DNA from: Mytilus californianus
Lineage: Eukaryota
NCBI RefSeq assembly: GCF_021869535.1
Contig: NW_026262701.1
Location: 8,432,001-8,496,000, forward strand
Direction of reading: 5' to 3'
DNA length: 64,000 nt
Shown: piece after piece, positions 12,151-24,570 of the stretch
Layout of the letters: every line of letters begins with the position of its first letter
Numbering within the stretch: the first letter of the stretch is position 1
Position numbers and translations under genes: made by a program
The notes under the pieces: generated by a model
What the model was told of the DNA's origin: nothing
Database searches by the model: none
What the model saw: only the letters and a program-made list of their open reading frames with translations

Positions 12151-12837
12151 ACTTTTTACTATGAGGATTTCCTTAATAGACTGAGATTGCTGCTCACGGC
12201 AAAGCCGTTGAACCAATTGTTTTTAAATGTAATGTCTTAAATTTTATGGGCGTCATCATTAGTTGGCTGAACATTACGGAATAACTATGTCACAGATGAC
12301 GACGGACATGTTATTTTTGTCGTAACCACATTTCCGTCCTCTTTTTCTCGTTTGTAACATCAAAGAATGCGACTAATTTCCGGATTTTTACCTACAGCAA
12401 TATCAAATGACATGTAAAGTATTTACACAGTTAGTAAAGATAAATATGACAAAGAATACCCCGGAAAAAAGTATTAACAATAATACCCCAACTCCATGGT
12501 AATTAAAAAAGGGGAAGTCCATCAAACCTGACAAAACCAAATGATCGACTATATCAACAAACGGAACGAATGGAAAACAACTATCAAAGATGTCGAAATG
12601 CCTCTACATCATGTCATTCCGTTACGTAACATATTGTTTTAAAATAGTAACAAAGAGAATTTTATATTGTTTAATTCGTCCTTTAGTTCACTTTAACATA
12701 CCATTTAGGATATATGTAAACAAATCAAAATATGATACGGTTTACTTCCTATCAACTGTATAATGTCAATAAAAGTCTTATATACAAAGGTATTAAAAAG
12801 TAAAGATGCACGAGGCATTTGATTAGATTTCAGAAAC

Positions 12838-15800
12838 ATGGAGATGTATGTGGTATTAGCTGTTTTGGTTGTATTCTTTGGTGGAGCACTTTCAAAAGGT
12901 AAGTTGTAATATCACTTACCCAAGAATCTCAACAAAAAAATTAAAAGAAGACAATATTTTCCTTTAACTTCACGTTCCGCTTTACGGATATTTGAATGTT
13001 TTTACGATGTCTATCTCATCTATCCATTTACTGAAAATTCAGAATCTTTTGCGTGCATAATTATTGCGATTTTTCAACACTGAAAAAAAATTGAGATAAA
13101 CTATTGCGATATCAGAGAACACTACACACAAATAATATTTTCAAATTTAAAAAAGCCCGTCCTTCGTGTCCTATCGCAATTTTCTCAGTGATAAAACCAT
13201 CGCAAAAGAAAGAAAAAGATTTACTTTCGATATAATTTTTGTTTTTAATTAGAATGTAGTTGTATATATAAGTTTTGGGTGAACACTTTGTCAAAATCTT
13301 GCAATAGTGCTTTTTACCAATTTTAAGTATCTATAGTTTTATTTGATATGATATAATTTCTGAAATAAAATATTTATGGAACCCAAAAGTATATACACTA
13401 AAGCTGCATACTAGTAAGATTGGATTTTAAATGACCCATGAGAAAAATAAATTTCTAGGGAATAATCCAGCCGCTTTTCTAAAATAAGATGCCACATCAA
13501 CTTCCGAGCGAACGAGATTTTAAAAATGTGCTCACATTGTTATTCTTTCTGTCTTTTTCTTGATGAAAGTGTACTCTCTAATAAAACATGTTCGTCAACA
13601 AACATTTTCCAGACATCAATGTTAGGATAGATCCAGAGAATGTTTTCCTAGACACTGACGACTTGGTGATTACATGCGAGTACAATTCACAGTCTGTCAA
13701 AACTCCAGCCTGGATAACCATTACCAGAAACGGTTGGTATGGAAAACATGACATTGTTACCATGACTGCTGGTAATCCACCAAGTATTGGCTACTTCTTT
13801 AGTGGCAGTGAATTCACAAGCAGGATGGAAGTAACCGGTAGTATTAAAGAGAAAACTGTAAGGGTAGCGATGACAACTGTGGAATGTTTGGATGAGGCTC
13901 ACTACGAGTGTACTGCTGGTGGATTTACTGATCAGGGGAGGCTTGAAACGTTTACAGATTCATATTCCTTAGTTGTAAATTGTAAGTGTATTGCTATAAT
14001 TATGAGTTTCATGAAATTGATTATGTTAACCAATATAATCAAACTATTTCGTCTCATACGAGTATCCGTAATCGAGCTTAGGACTGCTTTCTGGTAGTAA
14101 TAACATTGCCCTTGCACATACCACATCTCCCCATTTTCTTATCAAACAGAAATTTCCGTCCTTAATAAAAAGGTCTTTCAGTAAAAATGGATGTAACTAC
14201 ATTTTACTATATACATTTACATGTATATATAATAACAAGCCAGGCAAAAATGAAATGAATGCATGGTACAAATTGATTCGGGGAAACCAATTTGTGCGAG
14301 TTACGGTCGGAACGATATGGATGCTCCAGCATTTAATCGTATTCTTTAACCTTCATGTTAAACAACACCGATGAGATTGAACGGAAATGAGACAGTAACG
14401 CAGGAACATAATATAACCTAAAATGGACACATTTGATACTTAATAACACACAAGCACCTATCACGTAAAGGTTACCCTTATCATAGACAAATTGTGAATG
14501 AATTCACAGAGACGACCAAATACCTATTACCAAACTGAATTCTCAATGGTCACCATTGAAGACTCCCCTAAAAATAATATAGAGATTGCACAATACGCAT
14601 TTTGAAAAAATGACTGAATTCTTTTGACTTTTATGTATCACAGTTTTTGACTAAATTACCTTTTTCACATAATGAATTATGCACAACAAAGTCAACTTTT
14701 AAGTTGTATTCACATAGACCTAACAAAACATGTATATTGCTAAGTTCTCTCAGTACAAATCAAACTTCCATAGGTTTAGAACATTTATTCATTCTGTGAA
14801 ATCATTACAAATACAAATTATTCTAGTGGGCTTAACCATCCATGATTCGTCCATTGACTAATTATTTAACTACATATCCTATAACAATTGATGCTTATAT
14901 CTGTTATCAATCTTCTCATCCTAATATGGACACTTTTGATTTTGCTTGTATTTGACTCATACACATATACTAGGAAATCTTTCGTAGACTTTATTGTACC
15001 AGTCTAGCATTATATTTTGTATCAAACTATATTATCTTACTAATTATAATATGTTCAGTATGAAAAAAAAAGGATATGTGAGTGATACATCAATGCGACA
15101 GCAGCCCAACGACACAAAAAGTAAAATAAAATAAAACACTTTCAGCACATCGTACTTATATGCACTGTACCTTTAAATAGCTCATTCAAAGAGACCGTAT
15201 GTGAGAATGAATGGTTTAATTGTTCCTGCAAAGGCGCCAATTGGAATAACAAATGGTGATGAGGTGAAAGTGGAATGCAGTGCCTTTGTTGGGAAACCGC
15301 CTAAACCTATGTACTGGTACCGGTATGACAACAATAATGGTTCCTATGTCATTGAGAGGAATATGATAACAAAAAGTTAGTATTGTAGGTTAAAAAAACA
15401 AATTTCATATGATCAAATTGATATCTTCTTCTTTGGAAGTTATTCAGCACTATTTAAAAATGTTATTATTTTATTAATCCTTCTCTTTACACTGTATCGT
15501 TTCGTCTTGGTTGATTTTGTTTGAAAACCTATACCAACGCCTTCTTTCCTCGGAAGGTCGGTAGGTTAGGTGGCGACAAAGCTTTTGTAATAGCTATCAT
15601 TATCACGTTATCATTGATGGAAAAATGCATTTAATTTTGACAACTCTTTGGAAAAAGATATTATTTTCATTGGGCTTCCAGTTGACATTATTCCGTGCCT
15701 TTAGTGACAAGGAATTCAATCTTGGGGATAAATATGTCTGAAGTTGATTCTTTTGAGGGATGGGCGCTCTTGCCACCATAATGAATGAAAATACTAATTT

Positions 15801-16621
15801 CTTGTTCAGTTTCATTTCTTTTCACATCGTTGTTATGAATAAAACTGAATAAAAAGAGAATTTGGCAAGAAAAAAAGTATTGAGAATATGTTTTCGCATT
15901 TGCCGCCATAAAAATAGCATATTTGTTCTCATCGCTTAAGGTGAACCTATCTGTATACACTGTTAACCATTAAATATGAGATTATTTGATTTTTTCCTAG
16001 GTTAGTGGCTCCAAAGCATTGTTAATGCAAAATAAACAATAGTCTCTGTTCCAGTTTTGAGTTCAGATAAAGAAAAATGCACTCATACCACATCTTCTTA
16101 TTTATATCTTCAAGTTTCCATATAATTAAAAAAGTTTGCAGCCCAAGTAATTTTACAACCTTTAATCTCAACGGAACAACCAATGGACTTAGTTTTAATG
16201 TGATTTTGTCATCAACGGACCATTTTTGTATTTAGTATGCAAATCCTTAAAAACTAAACAAGTTAAAACGAAAAAATAATGTTTAGATACTACTTGGGGT
16301 ACAGGTTTGAATTAACTATTAGTATAATATATTACAATCAGCATAATATCCAACAGATTGTGCGATGCCTTTGCAAAATAACTGAGTAACACTATATTCA
16401 CTATCCATTTTTTGTGCGATATTGTGTCTCAATTATACAAAACAATGTTGTATTTTACAGTTGAACGCAGATTGTTGGAAAGAGACCTTTGCAGATGGTA
16501 TACAAAGTTTTCTATTAGGTTTATCGCCTCCTTAAGTACACCGGAAGTAAGACTTAGATGTGCTGTAGGAAACGAAGAGGAGGACGTTTATATTAATGTC
16601 ATACCAGCCATCGGTCCATAG
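12838..16621 (+). CDS. Gene A1: secreted two-Ig-domain protein (signal peptide + V-set + C2-like), ~261 aa, 4 coding exons
   Basis: Exons 12838-12898 (MEMYVVLAVLVVFFGGALSK, donor GTAAG), 13613-13981 (V domain: ITCEY..PAWITI..TVECLDEAHYEC), 15181-15375 (VECSAFVGKPPKPMYWYRY) and 16461-16621 (RDLCRWY..EVRLRCAVGNEEEDVYINVIPAIGP*). All introns are GT-AG and phase 1; the spliced frame is open. No TM segment. Confidence 0.88.
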
Positions 16622-16774
16622 AATATGTTTAACAATGTTATATGACAAATGATGTTTACCATGATCTGTTTTCCCTGCTGTTCAGAGACTGAAACGTCTA
16701 TGACTTACGAGTATTTTTACTCTTAAGAATTTTTGTGAAAAGAGCCGCTGCATTTTGTAATATCTCATCTTTAA

Positions 16775-17355
16775 AGGAGTAGGTCCAGTAAGACCCCTTT
16801 TTGGCCCCAAAATATAGCAGTTTTACAAAATTGCTAAAATGTAAACTTTAAGCTATTTATTGGAAAGTAGAATACTTCTGCTACATAAATATGGGCAGTT
16901 TTTGACCATACAATGCATATATATCGGGTACTAGCATCATTAAGTCATGCTAAATTACGGAAATCTTCACAATTTTAGCATTTGAGTAAAATTTTAGACG
17001 GTTTCCGTCTTAAATGGAAGTGGCCGCATTTGTGTTCGTTCTTAATATTTAAATGCAAGTTGTATTTGATGATAAAACATTAACATATATAAAGGTTGAG
17101 AGTGAACACGGATGCGGTCACTTTCATTTTTGACAAAAACCATTTGAAAAGTGACATATTATGGCATATTTGATAGATTTTTCATATCTAAGCTTGAATC
17201 TGAGCGGCTATAATGATAAAATCAGTTCAAATCCGTCACATAAACTAATTGAATCGACTGAAGTAGACACTTAAGTGTTTAAAAAGTGACCAAAATCTTT
17301 CATCAGATGAACCTGAAATTTGAGGCCAAAATCGGCCCTTACCGGACCTACTCCT
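16775..17355. mobile_element. Kolobok-type MITE
   Basis: TIR AGGAGTAGGTCC(A/G)GTAAG at 16775 with its reverse complement ending at 17355. Left flank TTAA, right flank TTCA (probably a mutated TTAA TSD). Confidence 0.75.
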
Positions 17356-18877
17356 TTCAAAACTTATACAAAACTCTACTCATGTTCAGTTTAGTACCAT
17401 TGTGTAAAGTTTCTTGTTCAGTAAAGTACTTACGTGTATAGTTTCTTGTTTAGTTTTGTACTCACGTGTAAAGTTTATTAGTTGAAAACAAGTCAAAATT
17501 GTCTATTTAAACCACATGGAAAGAAAAAAAGAATTTTGTGGTGCATCAGGTATACCATATTTGTTGGAAAACTTGTAAAAAGATATAAGAAAATGTTTGC
17601 TATGTTGCCTTTTATTATTACATATCTATATAATTATGCAATACATACACACATAAAGTAATAATCTAATTAAGAGGTCCACGACTTACAACGCTAGAAA
17701 AATGGACTTAAAAATAAACAGTATTTATTATTCTCTCGACTTAATTCATGCAAAATCATTCTCGTCTTTTTATAGGGGATAAAGGCCGATGTACATTTAA
17801 ATGAACTAATATGAAAATAGCTAATTCTTACTTATTACCAAAGAAATGATGATTTGACCGATACGGTGGTACTCAGTTTCATTGCTAAGAAGAAAATTTT
17901 AAAGTTCGTGTTTTTTTCATTTTCCTTCTTGTGCGTCAATAAAGTATTAAAGTACAATTTTACATATAAATGTATAGTTATAATTAAGAATGTGTTAAAA
18001 AAAAGGCAAAAAGCTTAAATAATTAAAAAAAAGTTACTGATGCGTACTAAATCTTAACTATGCCTAACCTTTTCCCTTATTCAATAACTTTAATGCACCA
18101 ACCTAACATATATTGCATACCTCTCGAAAGCTTATTATCTATGCTTTCAGATTTGTTTGGTCGTAAAAAATTCGTACGGCGCAATTCTCGTTCAATCAAG
18201 GTCAAAAGCCATTCCTAAATTTTGCAAGAATTGAACAAAATGCTCTTTCCAGGTTCTTGTTTGTTAATCGTTTTCCAAAAATGGTATGAATGTTATAGAA
18301 CAAATCCACTAATTCCTTATCAAGAAATTAATTGCGCAATATTTAAAGAAATTTCAGTTCTTAGAAAATCCTCCCAAAATTATGATATTAGTCTTCAAGC
18401 AATGTCTTTCATGACGGATCAATATTTATAAACCCAAAATAAAGTGTATTTATTGTTTATGGGTCAAGGAAAAATAGGGATCATTTTACTTTTCTGTGTT
18501 TAAATTACACATCGATTGTTGTCAATATCAATATCAAGAAGAAAATAATTTACCTTGATTTAATTTAGCTAGCTATAAACCGGGTTTAACCCTCCATTTT
18601 CCTCGGAAAATGCCTGTACGAAGTCAGAAACATGACATTTGTTTTCAACTCGTTCTGTTAGTTGATAATGTTCGATTTTGTCAGTTTTAATGAACGTCCC
18701 CTTTACCTTGGAGTTCGGTATTTTTGTTATACTTTCTTCAGAAGAGGTAATAAAAGTGCGAAAAGGATTATGCTAGTTATGTATAGTAAAAGTATGTTCT
18801 TCGAAGTCTCACTTATTTTCCCTTTGGAGTCATGTTGAAATGCTAACATGGCGTAATAGTACTGTTCGTTTTTGTAT

Positions 18878-20550
18878 CGCCGGCGGCGAAAGTCCCTGAC
18901 AGCGAGACATAGGGATTACAATGCGGCGGCGGCGGTGACGGCGTAAACCATTTGTTTAAATGCTTTATATTTCAGATGGTAGAAGACCTTGATTCTTCAT
19001 ACCCTATACACAGATACCTCATGTTATGAAGTTTCTGTCTGTCATATGTTCATTGTCCTTGACCTCATTTCATGGTTCAGTGACTGCTTGAAAAAAAAAG
19101 TTTTTATTTGCAAAGTGAAGTACTCACTTATTATGAGTAATAGGATATCTATATTTGGTATATGGTTCCTTGCAACGTCTACATATATAAAAATAATGAG
19201 ATGTGGTATGATTGCCAATGAGACAACTATCCACCAAAGTTAAAATGAAGTGGATGTAAGCAATTATAGGCAACCGTACGGCATTCAACAATGAGAAAAA
19301 CCCAAACGGTATAGTCGGCTATAAAAGGACCCGGCATGAAAAATATGAAACAATTAAATCGAAAAAACTAACGGCCTAATTTATAACAAAACAATTTACG
19401 ACAGACACGAACCAACGACAACTACTGAACTACAGGCTCCTGACTTGGGTTAGGCACATAAAGAATGTGGCGGGATTAAACATGTTTGTGCGCGCTCAAC
19501 CCTCCCCTAATCTGGGACAGTGGTGTTACAGCACAACATAAGAACAAAGTATAAAAATCAGTTGAAAAAGGCTAGTTCAAAGCCAATAACAACTAATAAA
19601 AAAATCATGTATCTAAGACAAAAATATCAATCGGTACACATCCAACATCCAATGGATTTGGTGTAAAGACGTCATTAACAGTCAGATAAAACATGACCTT
19701 CTGTAATTCCAAAATATAGGTATCTACAGATTGTAGTACCGTGAAAGTACATAAGTGTAATATTTAGTATGGTTTTAATTTACTGATAACAAAATCAGCA
19801 TGTCCGTTAGGCGCCAGGTAAGGTTTTACCGGTACTCAACCTCATTTCATGGATCAGTGATCATGGTTAAAATTACGTGGTCAAGTCCGTATCTCATGCA
19901 GATACTATAAGTATTAGGTCAACTATATTTGGTGTATGGAATGATTGTAAGGTTTACATTTCTGACTGGCAGGTTTCATCTGCCCTTGACCTAAATTTCA
20001 CGGTTCATTGGACAATGTTTACTTTTTGGGGTTTGGTCTATTTCTCAGATATTATAAACAATAGGTCAATTATATTTGGTGTATGGAACGATTGTACGGC
20101 GTACATGTCTATCTGTCAGAGTACGTATGCCATTGACACCTCATGTTCATGGTTCATTGGTCAATGACAAGTTTTCGAAATTTTGTCAGTTTATTAGATA
20201 CTATAAGCAATAGGTCAACTATATTTGGTGTATGGAATGATTGTAATTTGTAAATGCCTATCTGGCAGGGTTCATATGACCTTGACCTCCTTTTCACTGT
20301 TCATTGTTCATGTTCAGATTTTGTGGTTTGATATGTTTCTAAGGTACTATTAGCGATATGATCACTATATTTGGTAAATGGAATGATTGTAAGTTGTATG
20401 GTTAATCTGACTGTGACCTCGTTTCATAGAACATTAATAATGTAAAGTTTAAGTGATACTCATAGTTAAACCTCCCTATTACAGACTTTCAACATGAATT
20501 CAATGATAAGTCGAACAGGCGAGACATTTCAGCGTGTGCACTCTTGTTCC
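18878..20550 (+). mobile_element. HINE/Helentron-type non-autonomous element interrupted by another repeat
   Basis: GCGAGACA subterminal motif and (GGC)n near the start; internal ~110-bp repeats (AGGTCAACTATATTTGGTGTATGGAATGATTG); 3' end GGCGAGACATTTCAGCGTGTGCACTCTTGTT. Confidence 0.6.
19185..19810 (+). repeat. Abundant interspersed repeat (AGATGTGGTATGATTGCCAATGAGACAAC family)
   Basis: The same motif recurs at ~7390, 7650, 25830, 33780, 37570(-), 43410, 44300(-), 47900(-) and 60640. Its body resembles the Penelope-like 3' tails. Confidence 0.7.
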
Positions 20551-20935
20551 TTTTTGGTGAAGTATTTTGTGGTATCTTATTTGTATGTTTAACCTCCTTT
20601 TTACTGTTCGTTGTTCATGCTAAGATTTTGTGGTTTGATATGTTTCTAAGGTACTATTAGCGATAGGATCACTATATTTCTAAGATACTATTAGCGATAG
20701 GATCACTATATTTGGTAAATGGAATGATTGTAAGTTGTATGGTTAATCTGACTGTGACCTCGTTTCATAGAACATTAATAATGTAAAGTTTAAGTGATAC
20801 TCATAGTTAAACCTTCCTATTACAGACTTTCAACATGAATTCAATGATAATTCGAACGGGCGAGACATTTCAGCGTGTGCACTCTTGTTCCTTTTTGGTG
20901 AAGTATTTTGTGGTATCTTATTTGTATGTTTAACT
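20285..20935 (+). repeat. Direct tandem duplication, ~310-bp unit x2
   Basis: 20285-20592 is repeated near-identically at 20592-20935; the second copy carries an extra ~30-bp internal duplication. Confidence 0.85.
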
Positions 20936-22025
20936 TCTTGGCTTTTGGTATCTGTGTTTCTTCGACTTATGGTTTGAGATTGTCCTCTTGGTATCACCCA
21001 AATAAAATGTAATCTGTTTACGTCGAGATCAAATATTTGGGAAGCCAAATACCTAAAACGTTTTAGAGCATTAAACCAAAAAGGGCCTAATTAGAACAAC
21101 TTATACAGACTTGGGCTTTTGCAGTCTTATTTTTAGTTACTAGTATACATACATTAATACTGAAAATTTACCAACAAATTGTATCATTTAAATCAGAACC
21201 GGAGCACTGGCTGTTGGGCGGATGGCACTCTCAGAGACTAATAGTCCACTACAATAGTTTAGAAAGACAAATGCATTGAAAGTTTCTAAGCATCAAAATA
21301 GAATTAAAAATCGAGAAGGGTCAACTTTGTCTGAGGGCAAATGCTGATACTACTTTTACGAAGAAAAGTTTGAAAATCAAATAAGATGTGAACTCTCATA
21401 TAGTTAATATGTGGACTTTTGAAAAGAAAAAAAAAACATGCTTTCAATTTAATTGTCAATTGCGAAAGAATATTTTAATCACCTTGCAGTGCCTATTTTA
21501 TTAGTGAACCGTCTATTTAAAGGACTGATAATAAAGCATTTCCAAAGGAGATTCCGTTACGTTGATTTGCTCTCATTATGAAAATTTTTTTTTGTTTTAT
21601 GTTCATTGTGAGTGTTTGGTTTTTTTTTGTCTGTGGAAGATTTGAAAAGTTAAAATTTCGAGTAAAAGTCGTAATGTTTTTTCTTTGAAAAAAAAGTTCC
21701 ATGATTTTGTGTCATGGATGGATGCCCGATATCCTTTGTTTTTCTATTATATAACAATTGCCTGGATGATTGAAGTTTATTTCGACGTTTACCAAATGAT
21801 ACCACGCTATTAAAGTTATATGCATTATTATAAGAATAAAAAAGAATGAGTTAAATATTAATAGAATAATTCATCGTTTGACCATAGGCAGTCAGTGACA
21901 CGAAGTTTACAACCTTCCATAGTTATCTGTAAATATGATATTGTATACTTCCTATCTACTATAATTTAACTAGGACAGGAGAATTTGTTTCAGATATCTA
22001 TTCAGAAACACAAAATTTAAGAAAT

Positions 22026-24570
22026 ATGATAACGCTGGTGAGATCAGCGTTTATAGCTCTTTATTTGGCTGAAGCAGTAACAAAAGGTAAGTCATGACTT
22101 TCTTGAAAACAATACGATAAGCTTTTTATTTCTTTGCTCCACCTACGATAGTATTACGGAATTATGTTTTCTGTTCTTTTTGTCCGTTTGTGAGTCTGTC
22201 TTGTATGAACTTAACGATTTCGGTTAAGGTAGTTTCTAATAAAGTTGTAGTCACATCAGCGTGAAAGCTTTCCAAAATCAGATACTGTGAAATTAGTATA
22301 TTTTCAGGTTTAGTTTTTGGCTAAGGTACCATGGAGATTTGGTCACATTAACTTGAAAATTGAATCATATTTTCATTGTGAGATGTTCTTTTAATATTAT
22401 ATGCTACTTTATAGTTGTTAACCCAATATCTACGGTTCATTGAACATGGAAAGATTATAGTGCGAGCGGGCATGATGTCCCATGCACACATATTATTGTT
22501 TTTCATTTAATGACGTTTGATACCAAGAACTTTCAGAAGTTGCAAATTGTGAGGGGAGATAGACAAGAACATGACCAAAAAGACAGTATTAAATAACCCA
22601 ACAAATTTTTGCAACATAGGGCACAGTCATACTAAGAGCTAATTTATTAACTTGATTTTGCAGTTAATAAATCTATCGGTAATTGGTCTAAGTTTTCTAT
22701 ACAAGGAAGTTTATTCAAATTGTATATTTGGGAGGCCCCAAATAAATGGGCTTCTTTAGACGTTAGAGATCTATCTATTGTCATATTCACAGTAGTGTTT
22801 TACTTATTGTTTTCTTTTGATTTTTTTATTTCCTACATCTAAGAAATATCCTTTAAATCTTTGATTCATTTTCATTAGGAACTTAGATAGAGACAATGTG
22901 ATGTTAAATCTAACAATATACAAATAAAAATAACGTTTATATTTTTTTACATATCAGATATCAACATTAAAATCGTACCAGAGCATGTTTACCTTGATTC
23001 AAGAGATGTTAATATATCATGCGAGTTCAATTCAAATTTGGTTAAATCTCCACAGTGGATGACTATAAGAAGAAATGGTCTGTTCCTATTACATGACGTC
23101 GTTATTGCTACTGGTAATTCAACAGACCTTGGTGAATTCTTTCGTGGCAGTCAATACAGATCAAGGATGGAAATAAATGGAAGTGTTGCAGACCAACGTG
23201 TAAATGTTATGATGAAAACCATGGACTGTGAGGATGAAGGACACTATGAGTGCGTTGTTGGTGGTATGAATGACCAGGGGTCATTGGAAATGTTTACAGA
23301 TTCTTATGCTTTAGTTGTAAATTGTGAGTATGTAGAAAACTTATATCAGTATTTAATATATTTTTGAAAGAACAGACTTTTGAAAATTTTCAGTGTGTCA
23401 TTTACTTTTAAAATAAATGTACTGAAATTTCTCAAGTACATTGAAAAAGTCAAATAAAGAAAAAAGCTGCTAATTTTTGTTGGTATAATCAGCTTAACTG
23501 AATGGTAAATGTGAAAATCCTGTTCATTTATTGATTTTTCATTGTATTTTAACAGCTCATTCGGCAAGACCAAACATAAAAGTAAACGGCTCATCTGTTG
23601 TTAATAAGACATCCATAGGGGTAAAAGCAGATGAAGAAGTTCATATAGAATGTGATGGTTACGTTGGAAAACCTCCTATACCTATGTACTGGTACAGATA
23701 TGATGCATACAATGGTTCATATATCATCGAAAGAAATATGATAGGCAAACGTGAGTCTTTATCTAGAAACGTTATGTAATCAAATTTGTCGAAAAAGCTA
23801 TTGAATAGTACCTGTGGAAATCTATAAACTCGAATCTAATTTTTAGATGGCATTATTTATAAGAATTTTTTTTTCGGAGAGTGTAAGTTCACACATGCTT
23901 GAAATTTTTTTCTGCAGAAAATACAAGCGATTGTCACTTTACAAAAGTATGATAGTCTTTACACAGTTGCACGATATCTAAATTTCAGTCTGAATTTCAT
24001 ATCACCTTAAATCACCTCTTTTATTACTTAAGCTGTATTTGGCACAAACCTTTCGGAATTTTTGTTCCTCAATGCTCTTCAACTTCGTACTTTATTTGAA
24101 ATTTTAACTTTTTTCATTTAAGAGTACACTGATGAAACGTGCGTCTGGCGTACAAAATTTTAAGCCTGGTATCTATGATGAGTTTATTTGTAATAATGTT
24201 CATCAGTCTTGCATCAGGCCTCATAAATAATTATAAGACTGATCTTCCCAGTTTCATAAATCAATCAATTCAGAAAAAATAACATTTAACCTTTAAGTAT
24301 ACTTAAAATAATTGTGGCAACGAATATATCATTTTTCGCCACTAGATTCTCTACTGAAGAGAAAATATTTTGCCGAGTTTGAGATATTTTAAAATTCTTA
24401 TTTTAACGATCTATTTTGCAGCTTCACAACGATTGCTGATGGGAGATCTCTGCAACTATTACACAACATTTCCACTGGGATTTATTGCCTCACTAAGTAC
24501 ACCTGAAGTTAGACTTAGGTGTGCTGTAGGAAATGAACAAGAAGACGTGATTATAAATGTTTCGACCTGA
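22026..24570 (+). CDS. Gene A2: paralog of A1, secreted V + C2-like Ig protein, ~256 aa, 4 coding exons
   Basis: Exons 22026-22086 (MITLVRSAFIALYLAEAVTK), 22958-23323 (ISCEF..PQWMTI..TMDCEDEGHYEC), 23556-23750 (IECDGYVGKPPIPMYWYRY) and 24422-24570 (GDLCNYY..EVRLRCAVGNEQEDVIINVST*). Intron phases match A1, and exons 1 and 3 have identical lengths (61 and 195 nt). Confidence 0.88.
22130..22500 (+). mobile_element. HINE-like element remnant in A2 intron 1
   Basis: TTTGCTCCACCT start, (GTCC/GTCT) microsatellite remnant, 3' GCGAGCGGGCATGATGTCC..CACATATTATTGTTTT end. Confidence 0.45.
24031..24189 (+). mobile_element. Retrozyme-like repeat remnant with a collapsed type I hammerhead ribozyme (A2 intron 3)
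   Basis: CTGATGAAACGTGCGTCTGGCGT at 24129 retains CUGAUGA, AAAC, the short stem III, the GUC cleavage triplet and the stem I 3' arm, but lacks stem II. Flanks resemble mussel hammerhead repeats as recalled (not searched). Confidence 0.6.
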
